Shown in pieces: positions 9,417 to 19,680 of a stretch of 64,000 nucleotides of DNA (position 1 is its first letter; the number at the start of each line of letters is the position of its first letter). A program made the position numbers and the translations under genes. The notes beneath the pieces were generated by a model. That model was not told the origin of the DNA. It did no database searches and saw nothing but the letters and a program-made list of their open reading frames with translations. This stretch comes from Candidatus Saccharimonadales bacterium (GTDB lineage: Bacteria > Patescibacteriota > Saccharimonadia > Saccharimonadales > SZUA-47): the NCBI GenBank assembly GCA_041737385.1, contig JBGSRU010000002.1, positions 56,761-120,760 of the forward strand, in the 5' to 3' direction.

Positions 9417-10403
9417 GTGGCTGAAGGAGTAACGAATGTAGAAGTTGTTGTAGCACCTCAAGAAAATACTCTTCGAGGAGTAGCTAGCTTAGCGCTGGGA
9501 TCAGTTCAAGCCGAAGCGGAGCCATTTGAGCAAGGCAACCTAGACCTAAAGTTTTTTGTGCAAAGTCCTGATCATTCACTGCTCATCGCTAGAGCAGAAT
9601 CGGATAGCATAGTAGGCTCGGTCAAGTATTCAACTACGAGAGGTGCGGGATTTGGTCAAAGAGGTCAGTTCGCGGAAGTAATTGCCAAAGATGATGACAC
9701 GCGAAGAGTTCTTGTAAGTGCTGCACTTGATGAAGCAAGTGGCAGAAATGATAATCGAATATATTTTCAAACAGATAGCTCTGAATTGATTGAATGGCAC
9801 ATTGCCAATGGAGCTATCGATATGAGTGGCGAGAAAGTTGTCCCGGAGTGGGACCAAGAACTAGAAATTTTTGAGGGTGAAATGACATTTCGTTATGATG
9901 TAGAATCATCATTTCAGAAAATTGCCTCAGAAAATATACGTCCACTCCCTGACGGTTACAGCATAGAACGTTTTTCTGAGTATGATGAAGCGTCTGCCAC
10001 CCAAATTGCTGGACTAATGCCTCAACTAGATAGTACTTTTACCCCAGAATTAACTGATGAACGGCGCGCAAACTACTCTCATATGATTGATAGTGACAAC
10101 TATACTATTATGCTAGTGAAGAATGAAGAAGGGGTAGTTGTTGGAACATTGTCATTAACAATGACCGATACTGAAACATGGCAACTTGAAGACGTAATAC
10201 TAGATGGTTCACAAAGAGGAAACGGGCTTGGAAAGGCCATGATGCAGCATATGGTGCAGTGGGCTCACGACGATGGGTTAGACCAGATACTTCTTCAAAC
10301 AGAAGCATTTCGTACTAAAGCTGTTGGGTTGTACTTTGTAACTGGTGCTGAGATGTTAGTTGACACAAAGACGCTACGTTATGATGTTCCTGCGGCGGCA
10401 TAA
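9417..10403 (+). CDS. Two-domain GNAT-family N-acetyltransferase (C-terminal GNAT clear, N-terminal half GNAT-like)
   Basis: C-terminal GNGLGKAMMQHMVQWAHDDGLDQILLQTE acetyl-CoA P-loop region. The ~328-aa tandem architecture resembles mycothiol synthase MshD, but I treat that only as a hypothesis. Confidence 0.55.
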   Translation: MAEGVTNVEVVVAPQENTLRGVASLALGSVQAEAEPFEQGNLDLKFFVQSPDHSLLIARAESDSIVGSVKYSTTRGAGFGQRGQFAEVIAKDDDTRRVLVSAALDEASGRNDNRIYFQTDSSELIEWHIANGAIDMSGEKVVPEWDQELEIFEGEMTFRYDVESSFQKIASENIRPLPDGYSIERFSEYDEASATQIAGLMPQLDSTFTPELTDERRANYSHMIDSDNYTIMLVKNEEGVVVGTLSLTMTDTETWQLEDVILDGSQRGNGLGKAMMQHMVQWAHDDGLDQILLQTEAFRTKAVGLYFVTGAEMLVDTKTLRYDVPAAA

Positions 10404-10433
10404 ATAAAGTATTTTAATGTTACTATTTTAAAG

Positions 10434-11432
10434 ATGATTAAAACCAAAGAAAATGAAATAAACGAAGCGCGCGCGCTGCAACTATATTCTGAAAAATATA
10501 GCGGTGACTACAGCCAGAGTAGGCAGCTTGGCGGGGATGTTAACCACACATTTCTGTTAACGAATATAAAAGGGGATAAGGTTGTTTTTCAGCGGTTATC
10601 AAAGATTTTTAATGAAAAGCTAGTTGCTGATTTTGTTGTGGTTACCGAGCATTTAACTAAAGAAGGCTGGATTGTTCCGCAGCTTATCTATACCAAAGAT
10701 AACAACACGCATATACAGGATAAGGATGGCTTTATATGGCGAGCAATCACGTTCGTTGAGTCTAGTGGTACACCAGCGATGGTAGATACCGGATCTGTTG
10801 GATCGATTCTTGCTCGCTTTCACAAAACACTTGCACTTCTCGACTACAAGGCGACTTTTACACTTGACCACTACCACGACACTGACTTTTATTTTGAGAA
10901 GCTCGACCAGCTCGAATCTCAACTAAATAGCGAGAATAGATTACTCTCTCAGGCAGTAAAACACTATCGAGCCGAGTTACCGAAGCTACCCGAAATTGAC
11001 GCTCAGCTTATTCATGCAGATCCTAGAGTCGATAATATACTCTTTAAGGGTAGTCAGCCTTTTACTTTTATTGATTTTGATACGATTATGAACGGTCCAG
11101 TATGGATAGACCTAAGTGATTTTATCCGTTCAATAATCGAGAAACAAGTTCAACAAAAAACCCGAACAGATTTTGCTGAAATTAAATCCTTCTGTGACGA
11201 ATACATTGCGCAGTCTGATTTACAATATAGTAATGATGAGTTCTACGCCTATGTGCTTCTTGCGACACAACATATGGCGATTGAACTTGCTGCGCGCTTC
11301 TTGAATGATGTCGTCGAAGATTACTATTTTGTATGGGAGAATACACCGTATAATAGCAGAAATGAGCACAATATTGCGCGTGTAAAACAGCAATTAGAAA
11401 TCTGCAGAATAATAGAGGAGAACAATGGCTAG
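10434..11432 (+). CDS. Phosphotransferase-family (APH/choline-kinase-like) kinase
   Basis: Catalytic loop LIHADPRVDNILF and metal-binding IDFDT. Confidence 0.65.
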   Translation: MIKTKENEINEARALQLYSEKYSGDYSQSRQLGGDVNHTFLLTNIKGDKVVFQRLSKIFNEKLVADFVVVTEHLTKEGWIVPQLIYTKDNNTHIQDKDGFIWRAITFVESSGTPAMVDTGSVGSILARFHKTLALLDYKATFTLDHYHDTDFYFEKLDQLESQLNSENRLLSQAVKHYRAELPKLPEIDAQLIHADPRVDNILFKGSQPFTFIDFDTIMNGPVWIDLSDFIRSIIEKQVQQKTRTDFAEIKSFCDEYIAQSDLQYSNDEFYAYVLLATQHMAIELAARFLNDVVEDYYFVWENTPYNSRNEHNIARVKQQLEICRIIEENNG

Positions 11433-12006
11433 TAAAATAAAAGCAGTTATATTTGATTTTTTTGATGTCATTCATACTGATCATCAAAAAGCTTGGCTGA
11501 AACAAAATAACTATCTACGAGAAGGTGAGTTCGCGTCTGCTTCCGATGATTTAGATAGGGGAGTAATAACTCATAGAACTTATCTAGAGCGGTATGCTGC
11601 GGCTCATGGCAGTGGTACAGCAGATGATATTCTTAATCAGTTTAACGAGCTTGCATCGATTAACACAGGAGTTATAGATATTATCCTTGAACTAAGAGAG
11701 AGGCAATATAAAATCGGTTTAGTATCAAACGCACACGCCGATGAGCTAGAACCACTACTAAAAAAACATAGTTTTCATGATCTGTTTGATGAAATCGTGA
11801 TATCTGGAAATGAAGGTGTCGCGAAACCAGACGCCGAGATATTCAAACGAGCACTTAAACTACTTGACGCTAGCCCAGAAGAGTCTATTTTTACTGACGA
11901 TAACGAGAAGAATGTTAAAGGTGCAATCGATGTTGGCATGACTGGCATTCTGTTTACCACCGCTGCAAAACTCAGAGAAGATCTTAGTAAAATGGGTGTA
12001 CTGTAG
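11425..12006 (+). CDS. HAD-superfamily hydrolase, subfamily IA
   Basis: Motif I VIFDFFDV, motif II GLVSN, motif IV FTDDNEKNV; overlaps the upstream kinase by 8 nt. Confidence 0.75.
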   Translation: MASKIKAVIFDFFDVIHTDHQKAWLKQNNYLREGEFASASDDLDRGVITHRTYLERYAAAHGSGTADDILNQFNELASINTGVIDIILELRERQYKIGLVSNAHADELEPLLKKHSFHDLFDEIVISGNEGVAKPDAEIFKRALKLLDASPEESIFTDDNEKNVKGAIDVGMTGILFTTAAKLREDLSKMGVL

Positions 12007-12042
12007 TTTCTAGTAGCACCGTGACTGCTTAAGCGTGGGTGC

Positions 12043-15000
12043 TTATGCGACGTAATCGTGCCAGTGTTTTGGCTCAAGGTCTTTCAAGTCTGGATCTGCC
12101 AGACACTGCAAAAGCAGTTTCCCAGTTTCGGCGTTTGTGAGCAACGGTATGTGATTGTCAACCGCTAATCGACGAATAGCAAATCCATCCGTTGTTCTCA
12201 GCCCACTTGTTGGAACATTTATAATAAGATCAATTTTCCTCTGTTCAATAGCTGACTGGACACTCGGAGTTTTGTTCTCACTTATTTTGTATAGCTTTTT
12301 TGTGTTGATTCCATGAGTTTTTAGAAAATCGTGGGTACCACTTGTTGTATAAATAGTCCAGCCATCTTTGACGAGTGGTTCAATTGTTTCAAGGAAGCGA
12401 TGTTTTTTGTCATCCGATAAAGTAATAAACACGTTCTTACCTTGAATATTTTGATCTGTAGCGAGCCATGAGCTATAAAATGCTTCTGCAAGATCTGCCC
12501 CAAAACAAGCAACTTCACCAGTTGATGCCATCTCTACTCCAGCAATTGGATCGGCACCTTTTAGGCGGTTATATGAAAATTGCGGATTTTTAACTGCGAC
12601 ATGATCTAGTTCTAATGTTTGATACGATTTCGTGTTCTTTTTACCTAGCATTGCTTCTGTCGCAATCTCGATAAAATTATAGCCCGAAACTTTAGACACG
12701 AACGGGAACGATCGAGACGCTCGAACATTACATTCAATGACTTTAAGTTCATTATTTTTTGCAATGAATTGGATGTTAAATGGACCTGTTATATGGAGAT
12801 TCTCAATAACTTGTCTCGTAATTTGTTTCGCGCGTCTGACGGTCGCAAGATACAATTCCTGTGCAGGATAGACAACTGTTGCATCACCAGAATGAACCCC
12901 GGCGTTTTCGACATGTTCAGAAATAGCGTAAATAATCATTTTTCCGTCTTGGGCGACACCGTCAATCTCAAGCTCTTTTGCGTTTGTTATAAACTGTGAC
13001 ATAACGACGGGATGATCTGGAGATAGCCTAGTTGCTTCACTTAAATAATCTTCAAGTTCTTCTTCGGATGTGACGACATTCATTGCGCCACCACTCAAAA
13101 CATACGATGGTCTGATCAGAATCGGGTACCCGACACTAACCGCGAATTTTTTTGCTTTCGATAAGCTTGTCACCTCTTCCCATGCTGGTTGATCAATCCC
13201 AAGGCTCGTCAGCATAGACGAGAATTTTTGTCGATCCTCTGCACGGTCGATGTCGTCCGCCTTAGTACCTATAATTGGATAGCCGAGTTTTCCTAGAGGT
13301 AGCGCGAGATTATTTGCGACTTGTCCACCAACTGACACAACTATACCTTTTGGCTTTTCAAAATCAGCGATGTCTTGCACTCGCTCCAAGGTAAGCTCCT
13401 CAAAATAGAGACGATCCGATCGATCAAAATCAGTTGACACCGTCTCTGGGTTAGAGTTGATCATAATAGTCTTCAAGCCATTTTTCTGTAATGTTTTACC
13501 CGTATTTACTGCACTCCAGTCAAACTCAACAGAAGATCCAATTGCGTATGGACCAGAGCCCAAAATTATTGCTGCTTTTTTACCAAGAGACTGTATGTCA
13601 TTTCTGTCTCCGTGATAGGTTGCATATAAATAATTTGTTTCAGCATCAAACTCACCAGCAAGTGTATCAATTTGCTTGAATGACGGTACAATATTTGCTT
13701 TCATTCTTTTTGCTCGTACTACTTGCTCGGTCGTTTTTTGTAAGTTAGCAATAACTCCGTCGGCAAAGCCATTCATTTTAGCTTCGCGCAATAAATCAAT
13801 TGAAAACTTCTCTGATTTTAGACGTTTTTCTGTTGATAGAATTGTTTCCATTTGGTTAAGAAACCACATATCAATTTTTGATACATCATGGATGTGCTCA
13901 GCAGACTCGCCAACTCTCATCGCATCATAAATAGAATAGAGACGTTTATCTGTAGCGGGGAATACTTGTTCCATGGGATCCTTGAACGAGTAAGGATGGT
14001 CTGTTAAGCCTTTTGCGCCAAGGTTAAGCATTCGTACAGCTTTTTGTAACGCTTCAGGAAAGCTACGTCCAAGCGCCATAACTTCACCAACACTTTTCAT
14101 TTCTGAGCCAATTGTATGGTCGCTAGACTTTAATTTTGACAAGTCCCAACGGGGCATTTTAACGGCTATATAATCAAGTGCAGGCTCATAGAATGCTGAC
14201 GTCTTACCGGTCACAATATTTCGTAGTTCGTGGAGCGGCTTTCCAAGCATAAGCTTGGCTGCAACAAATGCTAGAGGGTATCCAGTAGCTTTCGAAGCAA
14301 GGGCACTTGAGCGAGACAGCCTTGCATTTACTTCAATAACTCTATAATCGCCATTTTCTGGGTTAAGCGCATATTGAATGTTACATTCACCAATTATACC
14401 GAGATGATTAATTGTTTTGATCGCGACTTCGCGAAGTCGATGATACTCCTCGTTCGTCATTGTTTGTGATGGTGCAACGACGATACTCTCGCCGGTATGC
14501 ACGCCCATTGGATCAAAGTTCTCCATATTGCAAACAGTGATTGTATTGCCTTTTGCGTCTCGAACTACTTCGTACTCAACTTCCTTCCAACCGCTTAAGT
14601 ATTCTTCGATCAAGACTTGAGGAACGGCTTTTAATACTTCGCCCACTCTAGTTGTGAGTTGTTTTTCGTCGTCAATTCTTCCTGATCCCAGGCCACCTAG
14701 ACTAAACCCAGATCTCAGCATGATAGGGTAGCCTAAAGTTTTTGCAGCTTTGAGCGCTTCTTTGAGTGACTCTGCAGCAAAACTTCGTGCTGTGTGAATA
14801 TCAATTTCGGACAATGCGATCTTAAAAAGATCACGGTCTTCGGTTTTACGGATAACGTCTACTGGTGTTCCTAGCACTTTGATTTTCAGACGCTTAAACA
14901 CACCAAGTTCATCGAGCTTGAGACCTAAGTTCAGCGCAGTCTGCCCGCCAAAACTTAGGGTTACTGCATCAGGTCGTTCTTTTTCGAGAATTTTTGTAAC

Positions 15001-15216
15001 CGTGGCTACATTAAGCGGTTGGAAATATACTCTGTCCGCCATATCCTTGTCCGTTTGCACGGTTGCGATATTTGGGTTTACAAGAACTGTATATATGCCT
15101 TCTTCTTTTAATGCTTTTATGCATTGAGAGCCTGAATAATCGAACTCTCCAGCTTGGCCAATCTTCAGTCCACCAGAACCTAGTATTACTACTTTTTTAA
15201 TGCTAACTGAGCTCAT
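12043..15216 (-). CDS. carB: Carbamoyl-phosphate synthase large subunit
   Basis: 1057 aa with two ATP-grasp halves and a C-terminal MGS domain; MSSVSIKKVVILGSGGLKIGQAGEFDYSGSQ N-terminus. Confidence 0.95.
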   Translation of the reverse strand: MSSVSIKKVVILGSGGLKIGQAGEFDYSGSQCIKALKEEGIYTVLVNPNIATVQTDKDMADRVYFQPLNVATVTKILEKERPDAVTLSFGGQTALNLGLKLDELGVFKRLKIKVLGTPVDVIRKTEDRDLFKIALSEIDIHTARSFAAESLKEALKAAKTLGYPIMLRSGFSLGGLGSGRIDDEKQLTTRVGEVLKAVPQVLIEEYLSGWKEVEYEVVRDAKGNTITVCNMENFDPMGVHTGESIVVAPSQTMTNEEYHRLREVAIKTINHLGIIGECNIQYALNPENGDYRVIEVNARLSRSSALASKATGYPLAFVAAKLMLGKPLHELRNIVTGKTSAFYEPALDYIAVKMPRWDLSKLKSSDHTIGSEMKSVGEVMALGRSFPEALQKAVRMLNLGAKGLTDHPYSFKDPMEQVFPATDKRLYSIYDAMRVGESAEHIHDVSKIDMWFLNQMETILSTEKRLKSEKFSIDLLREAKMNGFADGVIANLQKTTEQVVRAKRMKANIVPSFKQIDTLAGEFDAETNYLYATYHGDRNDIQSLGKKAAIILGSGPYAIGSSVEFDWSAVNTGKTLQKNGLKTIMINSNPETVSTDFDRSDRLYFEELTLERVQDIADFEKPKGIVVSVGGQVANNLALPLGKLGYPIIGTKADDIDRAEDRQKFSSMLTSLGIDQPAWEEVTSLSKAKKFAVSVGYPILIRPSYVLSGGAMNVVTSEEELEDYLSEATRLSPDHPVVMSQFITNAKELEIDGVAQDGKMIIYAISEHVENAGVHSGDATVVYPAQELYLATVRRAKQITRQVIENLHITGPFNIQFIAKNNELKVIECNVRASRSFPFVSKVSGYNFIEIATEAMLGKKNTKSYQTLELDHVAVKNPQFSYNRLKGADPIAGVEMASTGEVACFGADLAEAFYSSWLATDQNIQGKNVFITLSDDKKHRFLETIEPLVKDGWTIYTTSGTHDFLKTHGINTKKLYKISENKTPSVQSAIEQRKIDLIINVPTSGLRTTDGFAIRRLAVDNHIPLLTNAETGKLLLQCLADPDLKDLEPKHWHDYVA

Positions 15217-16340
15217 TTTATTACCTCGTAAAATTCTTGAAATAAGAAAGCTGTATCAGTTGGTCCAGGGCAGGCTTCAGGATGGAACTGTACGGATGAA
15301 AAAGGTTTTGAGCGGTGAGCAATACCTTCAACTGAATTATCATTTAAATTCCGATAAGTCACTTCCCAGCCTTTTGGTAATGACTTATCGTCAATCGCAT
15401 AGCCATGATTCTGACTTGTTATATAGCAGCGCTCATTTTTAGTATTTATGCATGGCTGATTGTGCCCACGGTGGCCAAACTTAAGCTTGTATGTTTTAGC
15501 ACCAGCCGCGAGAGCGAGTAATTGATTGCCTAGACATATGCCAAATATTGGCTTATCCATCGCAATAACTTTTTTTAAATGAGCTATCGCATCAACATAA
15601 TCTTCTGGGTTACCTGGTCCATTTGAAACGAAAACTGCATCAAAAGCTTCGTTGGTATAGTCGTAATCATGCGGAACTTGCTTCAACGTAATTGGTAGTT
15701 TGCGTAAGCTACGCGCAATATTGTCTTTTGCACCACAGTCGACAAGAATTACTTTCTTCGGCCCCATAGATGGGTACTTAGTTGGGGCGTCAATCGTGAC
15801 AAAACTCGTAGCTGATTTAATAGATTTTAGATTTGTACTCGACTTTCCTATCGAACCAATCATCGTGCCTTTCGTACGTAAATGTTTTGTTAGCGCCCGC
15901 GTATCAACATCAAATAAGATAGGTACGCTTTGTTGTTTTAGCCATTCAAGAAGTGACTGTGAGGACTTTGTGTGCGCCCAATTATGTTCGAGCGTGCTTA
16001 CTATGACACCACTAACTTGGATTTTAGAAGATTCCATAGTTGATTCATCAACGCCATAATTACCAATCATCGGATAAGTAAAAACTAAAATCTGTTCAGC
16101 ATATGATGGATCGGTCAGCGATTCGGTATAGCCTGTCATTCCAGTATTGAATACTACTTCTCCAGTTATACCGTCATTTTGCCATTTTGGTGCAGTTCCT
16201 TTAAACTCGGTTCCGTCACTCAAACGAAGCTGAGATTCTTTTTTACTAAAAAAATCGCTCCTCTCGGAGCGATTTCCATGCACGTTTTGTTTGACTATGT
16301 TTGGCGTATTTTTATTCACACTTGCATTCAAATTTATCAA
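15213..16340 (-). CDS. carA: Carbamoyl-phosphate synthase small subunit (glutamine amidotransferase)
   Basis: GICLGNQLL catalytic Cys and HGYA...HPE triad region; 4-nt overlap with carB. Confidence 0.9.
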   Translation of the reverse strand: MINLNASVNKNTPNIVKQNVHGNRSERSDFFSKKESQLRLSDGTEFKGTAPKWQNDGITGEVVFNTGMTGYTESLTDPSYAEQILVFTYPMIGNYGVDESTMESSKIQVSGVIVSTLEHNWAHTKSSQSLLEWLKQQSVPILFDVDTRALTKHLRTKGTMIGSIGKSSTNLKSIKSATSFVTIDAPTKYPSMGPKKVILVDCGAKDNIARSLRKLPITLKQVPHDYDYTNEAFDAVFVSNGPGNPEDYVDAIAHLKKVIAMDKPIFGICLGNQLLALAAGAKTYKLKFGHRGHNQPCINTKNERCYITSQNHGYAIDDKSLPKGWEVTYRNLNDNSVEGIAHRSKPFSSVQFHPEACPGPTDTAFLFQEFYEVIK

Positions 16341-16388
16341 ACTAGTGCATACTATGCAAGTAAAAAATAATCAAAATTGACGTTTTAA

Positions 16389-16643
16389 TTACAAACCGAG
16401 AATTGCATCAATTTTTGGTCGATCGAAACCAAGAATTTTTTCTTCGGTACCGTCTTCTTTTTCGATTATGGTGAAGGGTACACCAAGCTGTCCACTTTTT
16501 TCGTAGAGTTCTTTCGCAAGGTTCTGGTCTTCATCAGCCATTTTGACGTCGTAACTTATGTCTTTACTGCTTAAGTAGCTCTTAAGCATTTTACAAAAGC
16601 CACATGTTGCTGTGCTGTAGATAGTTATTTTAGGTTGTTTCAT
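16389..16643 (-). CDS. Glutaredoxin-like protein (NrdH/YruB type, CGFC active site)
   Basis: ITIYSTATCGFCKMLKSYL ... VPFTI; paralog of 60523..60771. Confidence 0.75.
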   Translation of the reverse strand: MKQPKITIYSTATCGFCKMLKSYLSSKDISYDVKMADEDQNLAKELYEKSGQLGVPFTIIEKEDGTEEKILGFDRPKIDAILGL

Positions 16644-16654
16644 CGGTAGTCTCC

Positions 16655-16954
16655 TTATTGTTTTGTTATTAGTGACAGTTTTTGTACCATTTCATCATCT
16701 GCACGAAGTGCATAGCAGATTTTTTGGCCCATTCGTTCTTTATCTACGAGGCCAATCATCTCAAAATTACGGAAATGCTGAGAAACCGCTGATACTGAAA
16801 TGTCTAATCTCTCTGCTATTTCACTGACGCACATTTCTTCACCACTCATTAAAAGCTTAAAGATTTTATATCTCGTTTTATCACCAAGTAGTTGCATGAC
16901 GTGGATAATTCGTTCTTCGTGCTTAGACAATAACTTACTTTGTTTGGTAACCAT
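16655..16954 (-). CDS. ArsR/SmtB-family transcriptional regulator
   Basis: Winged HTH CVSEIAERLDISVSAVSQHFRNFEMIGLV. Confidence 0.75.
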   Translation of the reverse strand: MVTKQSKLLSKHEERIIHVMQLLGDKTRYKIFKLLMSGEEMCVSEIAERLDISVSAVSQHFRNFEMIGLVDKERMGQKICYALRADDEMVQKLSLITKQ

Positions 16955-17032
16955 GTTAGTATTTTAGCAAATACTTAAACATAAGTCAAGTAGATAACTG
17001 TTTATTAGGCTTTTGTATTACAATTAAATAAT

Positions 17033-17374
17033 ATGCTATATCTGCTAAAACGACTCATCATAATAATGCTAACGTGCGGGGTGTTACTGTTTGCCTATCA
17101 TGCCATTTCTAACAATAATTCAAAACAATATACTGCACTAGGACATACGTATTCAGTAGATGATCGTTTCTTTATCGTCTCTCTAGGTGGCATGTCAGTC
17201 GCTGTTAACGAAAATAAAGCGGATGGTGTCTATAATGTTCCAGATAGTGACGTAAAGGTCACCGTTAAAGACAAAAAGATAACGGCGAAATGGGGATTGG
17301 AAGAAATACCAGGGTATTACGAAACATGGGTTGTTTGGGCTGCCCAAAATCAGAACACGGGAATTGTCTTGTAA
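17033..17374 (+). CDS. Hypothetical membrane-anchored/secreted protein
   Basis: N-terminal TM helix (IIIMLTCGVLLFAYHAI); no motif recognised. Confidence 0.4.
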   Translation: MLYLLKRLIIIMLTCGVLLFAYHAISNNNSKQYTALGHTYSVDDRFFIVSLGGMSVAVNENKADGVYNVPDSDVKVTVKDKKITAKWGLEEIPGYYETWVVWAAQNQNTGIVL

Positions 17375-17460
17375 CAGACCTCCAAGGTGCATAAACGAGC
17401 TTTGTGTTAAGATAGAAAGATAGAGATCAAGCATATCTAAAGACACTGGAGCAGACTATT

Positions 17461-19656
17461 ATGGCAAAAAATGCAAAACTGATTATCGCATCAACACGTC
17501 TGCCCGTACGAGTTGTAAAAAGTAACGGAAAAATAACGTATAAACAAAGCGATGGAGGTCTAGCGACTGGCGTCTCATTTGTGAGTAAGTCCAGAGACAG
17601 TGTTTGGGTTGGTTGGCCGGGTATAGCATCGGATGAATTAACCAAGCAAGATAAAATCGACATAATTAAAGAGCTTAAAAAGCGCGACTGCGTCCCTGTG
17701 TTCTTGAGCGAATCGCAAGTAGAACTGTACTACTCCGGCTACTGTAATGCGACACTTTGGCCGCTGCTTCATTATTTTACAGATATGGCACATCACAATA
17801 TTGATTTTTGGAATTCCTACAAGGAAGTCAATACGCTATTTGCGAAAGAAATCAAAAAACACATGAACGACGATTCGCAGGTATGGGTGCACGATTATCA
17901 GCTGATGTTGGTTCCAGAAAAACTACGATCTTACAGTGAGGATGTACATATTGGATTCTTTTTACATACGACATTCCCGTCGTTTGAGATTTTTAGATTA
18001 CTACCTGAGAGAGAGGCTTTGCTGAAAGGACTTCTTGGCGCTGATCTCGTTGGGTTTCATACCTATGACTATGTACGGCACTTTTTGAGCAGCGCTCAAC
18101 GGATACTTGGCTACGAGTCAGAACTTGGGGCCGTAAAGGCCGAAGGACGACGAGTACAAACCGACGCTTTTCCGATAGGCATAGACTATAAAAAGTTTGC
18201 AAAAAGCTCTAAAGATCGGGACGTTAAGAAAAGAGTAAATTCATTTGCACTACATAAGCAGAAAACAAAAGTAATTCTTGCAGTTGATCGCGCAGATTAT
18301 TCTAAAGGCATTCCAGCTCGACTTGACGCATACGAGCTGTTTTTGAAGAACAACCCAAGCTACATGGAAAATGTTGTTTTGGTATTGCTCGCCGCTCCAT
18401 CAAGAGAAAATGTAGAAGCATATCAAACACTTCGAGAAGAAATAGAACAGAAGGTTAGTCGAATCAACGGTCAGTTTTCGACGGTAGACTGGTCACCAAT
18501 TACTTATTTTCATAAGTCGTTGCCGTTATCTGAAGTCAGCGCTCTCTACGCAATGGCTGACGTCATGCTCGTGACGCCGCTTCGAGATGGTATGAACCTT
18601 GTCGCAAAGGAATTTGTAGCCACCAAGCACAACAAATCAGGGGTGCTCATCCTAAGCGAGATGGCAGGTGTCGCGAGCGAACTACCTGAAGCACTGCAGG
18701 TTAATCCAAACAACAGTGAGATGGTAGCAGCTGCTATTGAGCAGGCGTTGACGATGCCACTAAACGAGCAAAAAGAACGAATGCAAGCAATGCAAAGTAG
18801 GATTTCTCAGTATACGATTGGTAGATGGGCAGAAGATTTCTTGACACAACTAGCTAAGACCAGAGACAAGCATGCAGTTTCAGTTAAGAAAATCACTAAA
18901 GACACGCATAAAAAACTAGTAGAAGATTATCGTCAAGCAGACAGGCGACTAATTTTGCTTGACTATGACGGTACGTTAAAAGAGTTTGTTCAGACTCCAT
19001 CTGCAGTACTTGCGCGGCCTTCGATCAAGCTACAGCGAATACTACGTAAACTTGCTCGTGACCCAAAGAACAATGTCACCATCGTCAGCGGACGCCCAAA
19101 AGGCATCCTGTCGTCATTTTTTGAAGACATAGGTCTAAATCTAGTTGCGGAACATGGTGGTTGGGTATTGAACGCTGGATCTTGGGTAAAATCATCTCTT
19201 GCGGCCAAAAAATGGAAAAAAGATATTCTTGAGATAGTGCAAGCCTACGCAGATAGAACGCCAGGCGCAGTTGTTGAAGAGAAAGATTTCTCTATAGCAT
19301 GGCATTATCGACGGGTATCGCCGGATCTTGCGTACGTCCGCAAAGAAGAACTTAAAATGGAGCTGAAAACACTACTATCTGATGTTGAAGTCGGTGTCTT
19401 CCAAGGCAATAAACTGATTGAAATCAAACCAGAGCGTATGCATAAGGGTGCAATAGCGAGCGATCTTATTACAAAAGAGAAATGGGACTTTATCATGGTT
19501 ATTGGTGATGATTACACCGATGAAGATATGTTTGCGGTTTCTCCCGAGCGAAGCTACAGTATAAATGTAGGGAACAGTGACACAAAAGCAAAGTATCAAC
19601 TACCAGATGTGCACCATGTTGTTGAGCTCATCAAAAAACTGTCAGAAATAAAATAA
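17461..19656 (+). CDS. otsAB: Bifunctional trehalose-6-phosphate synthase (GT20) / trehalose-6-phosphate phosphatase (HAD)
   Basis: The N-terminal domain has the OtsA motifs (RLPV...GGLATG, LWPLLHYF, GFFLHTPFP-like). The C-terminal domain has HAD motif I LLDYDGTL and GDDYTDEDMF. Confidence 0.85.
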   Translation: MAKNAKLIIASTRLPVRVVKSNGKITYKQSDGGLATGVSFVSKSRDSVWVGWPGIASDELTKQDKIDIIKELKKRDCVPVFLSESQVELYYSGYCNATLWPLLHYFTDMAHHNIDFWNSYKEVNTLFAKEIKKHMNDDSQVWVHDYQLMLVPEKLRSYSEDVHIGFFLHTTFPSFEIFRLLPEREALLKGLLGADLVGFHTYDYVRHFLSSAQRILGYESELGAVKAEGRRVQTDAFPIGIDYKKFAKSSKDRDVKKRVNSFALHKQKTKVILAVDRADYSKGIPARLDAYELFLKNNPSYMENVVLVLLAAPSRENVEAYQTLREEIEQKVSRINGQFSTVDWSPITYFHKSLPLSEVSALYAMADVMLVTPLRDGMNLVAKEFVATKHNKSGVLILSEMAGVASELPEALQVNPNNSEMVAAAIEQALTMPLNEQKERMQAMQSRISQYTIGRWAEDFLTQLAKTRDKHAVSVKKITKDTHKKLVEDYRQADRRLILLDYDGTLKEFVQTPSAVLARPSIKLQRILRKLARDPKNNVTIVSGRPKGILSSFFEDIGLNLVAEHGGWVLNAGSWVKSSLAAKKWKKDILEIVQAYADRTPGAVVEEKDFSIAWHYRRVSPDLAYVRKEELKMELKTLLSDVEVGVFQGNKLIEIKPERMHKGAIASDLITKEKWDFIMVIGDDYTDEDMFAVSPERSYSINVGNSDTKAKYQLPDVHHVVELIKKLSEIK

Positions 19657-19680
19657 ATCGTATATCCAAGGAAAACAATT

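Noticed and set aside
12321-15127. Multiple 60-85-aa ORFs on the plus strand inside carB, plus similar short ORFs inside other long genes such as otsAB, pheT and the RND gene
   Set aside because: They are antisense or out of frame relative to strongly supported long genes. This is typical noise.
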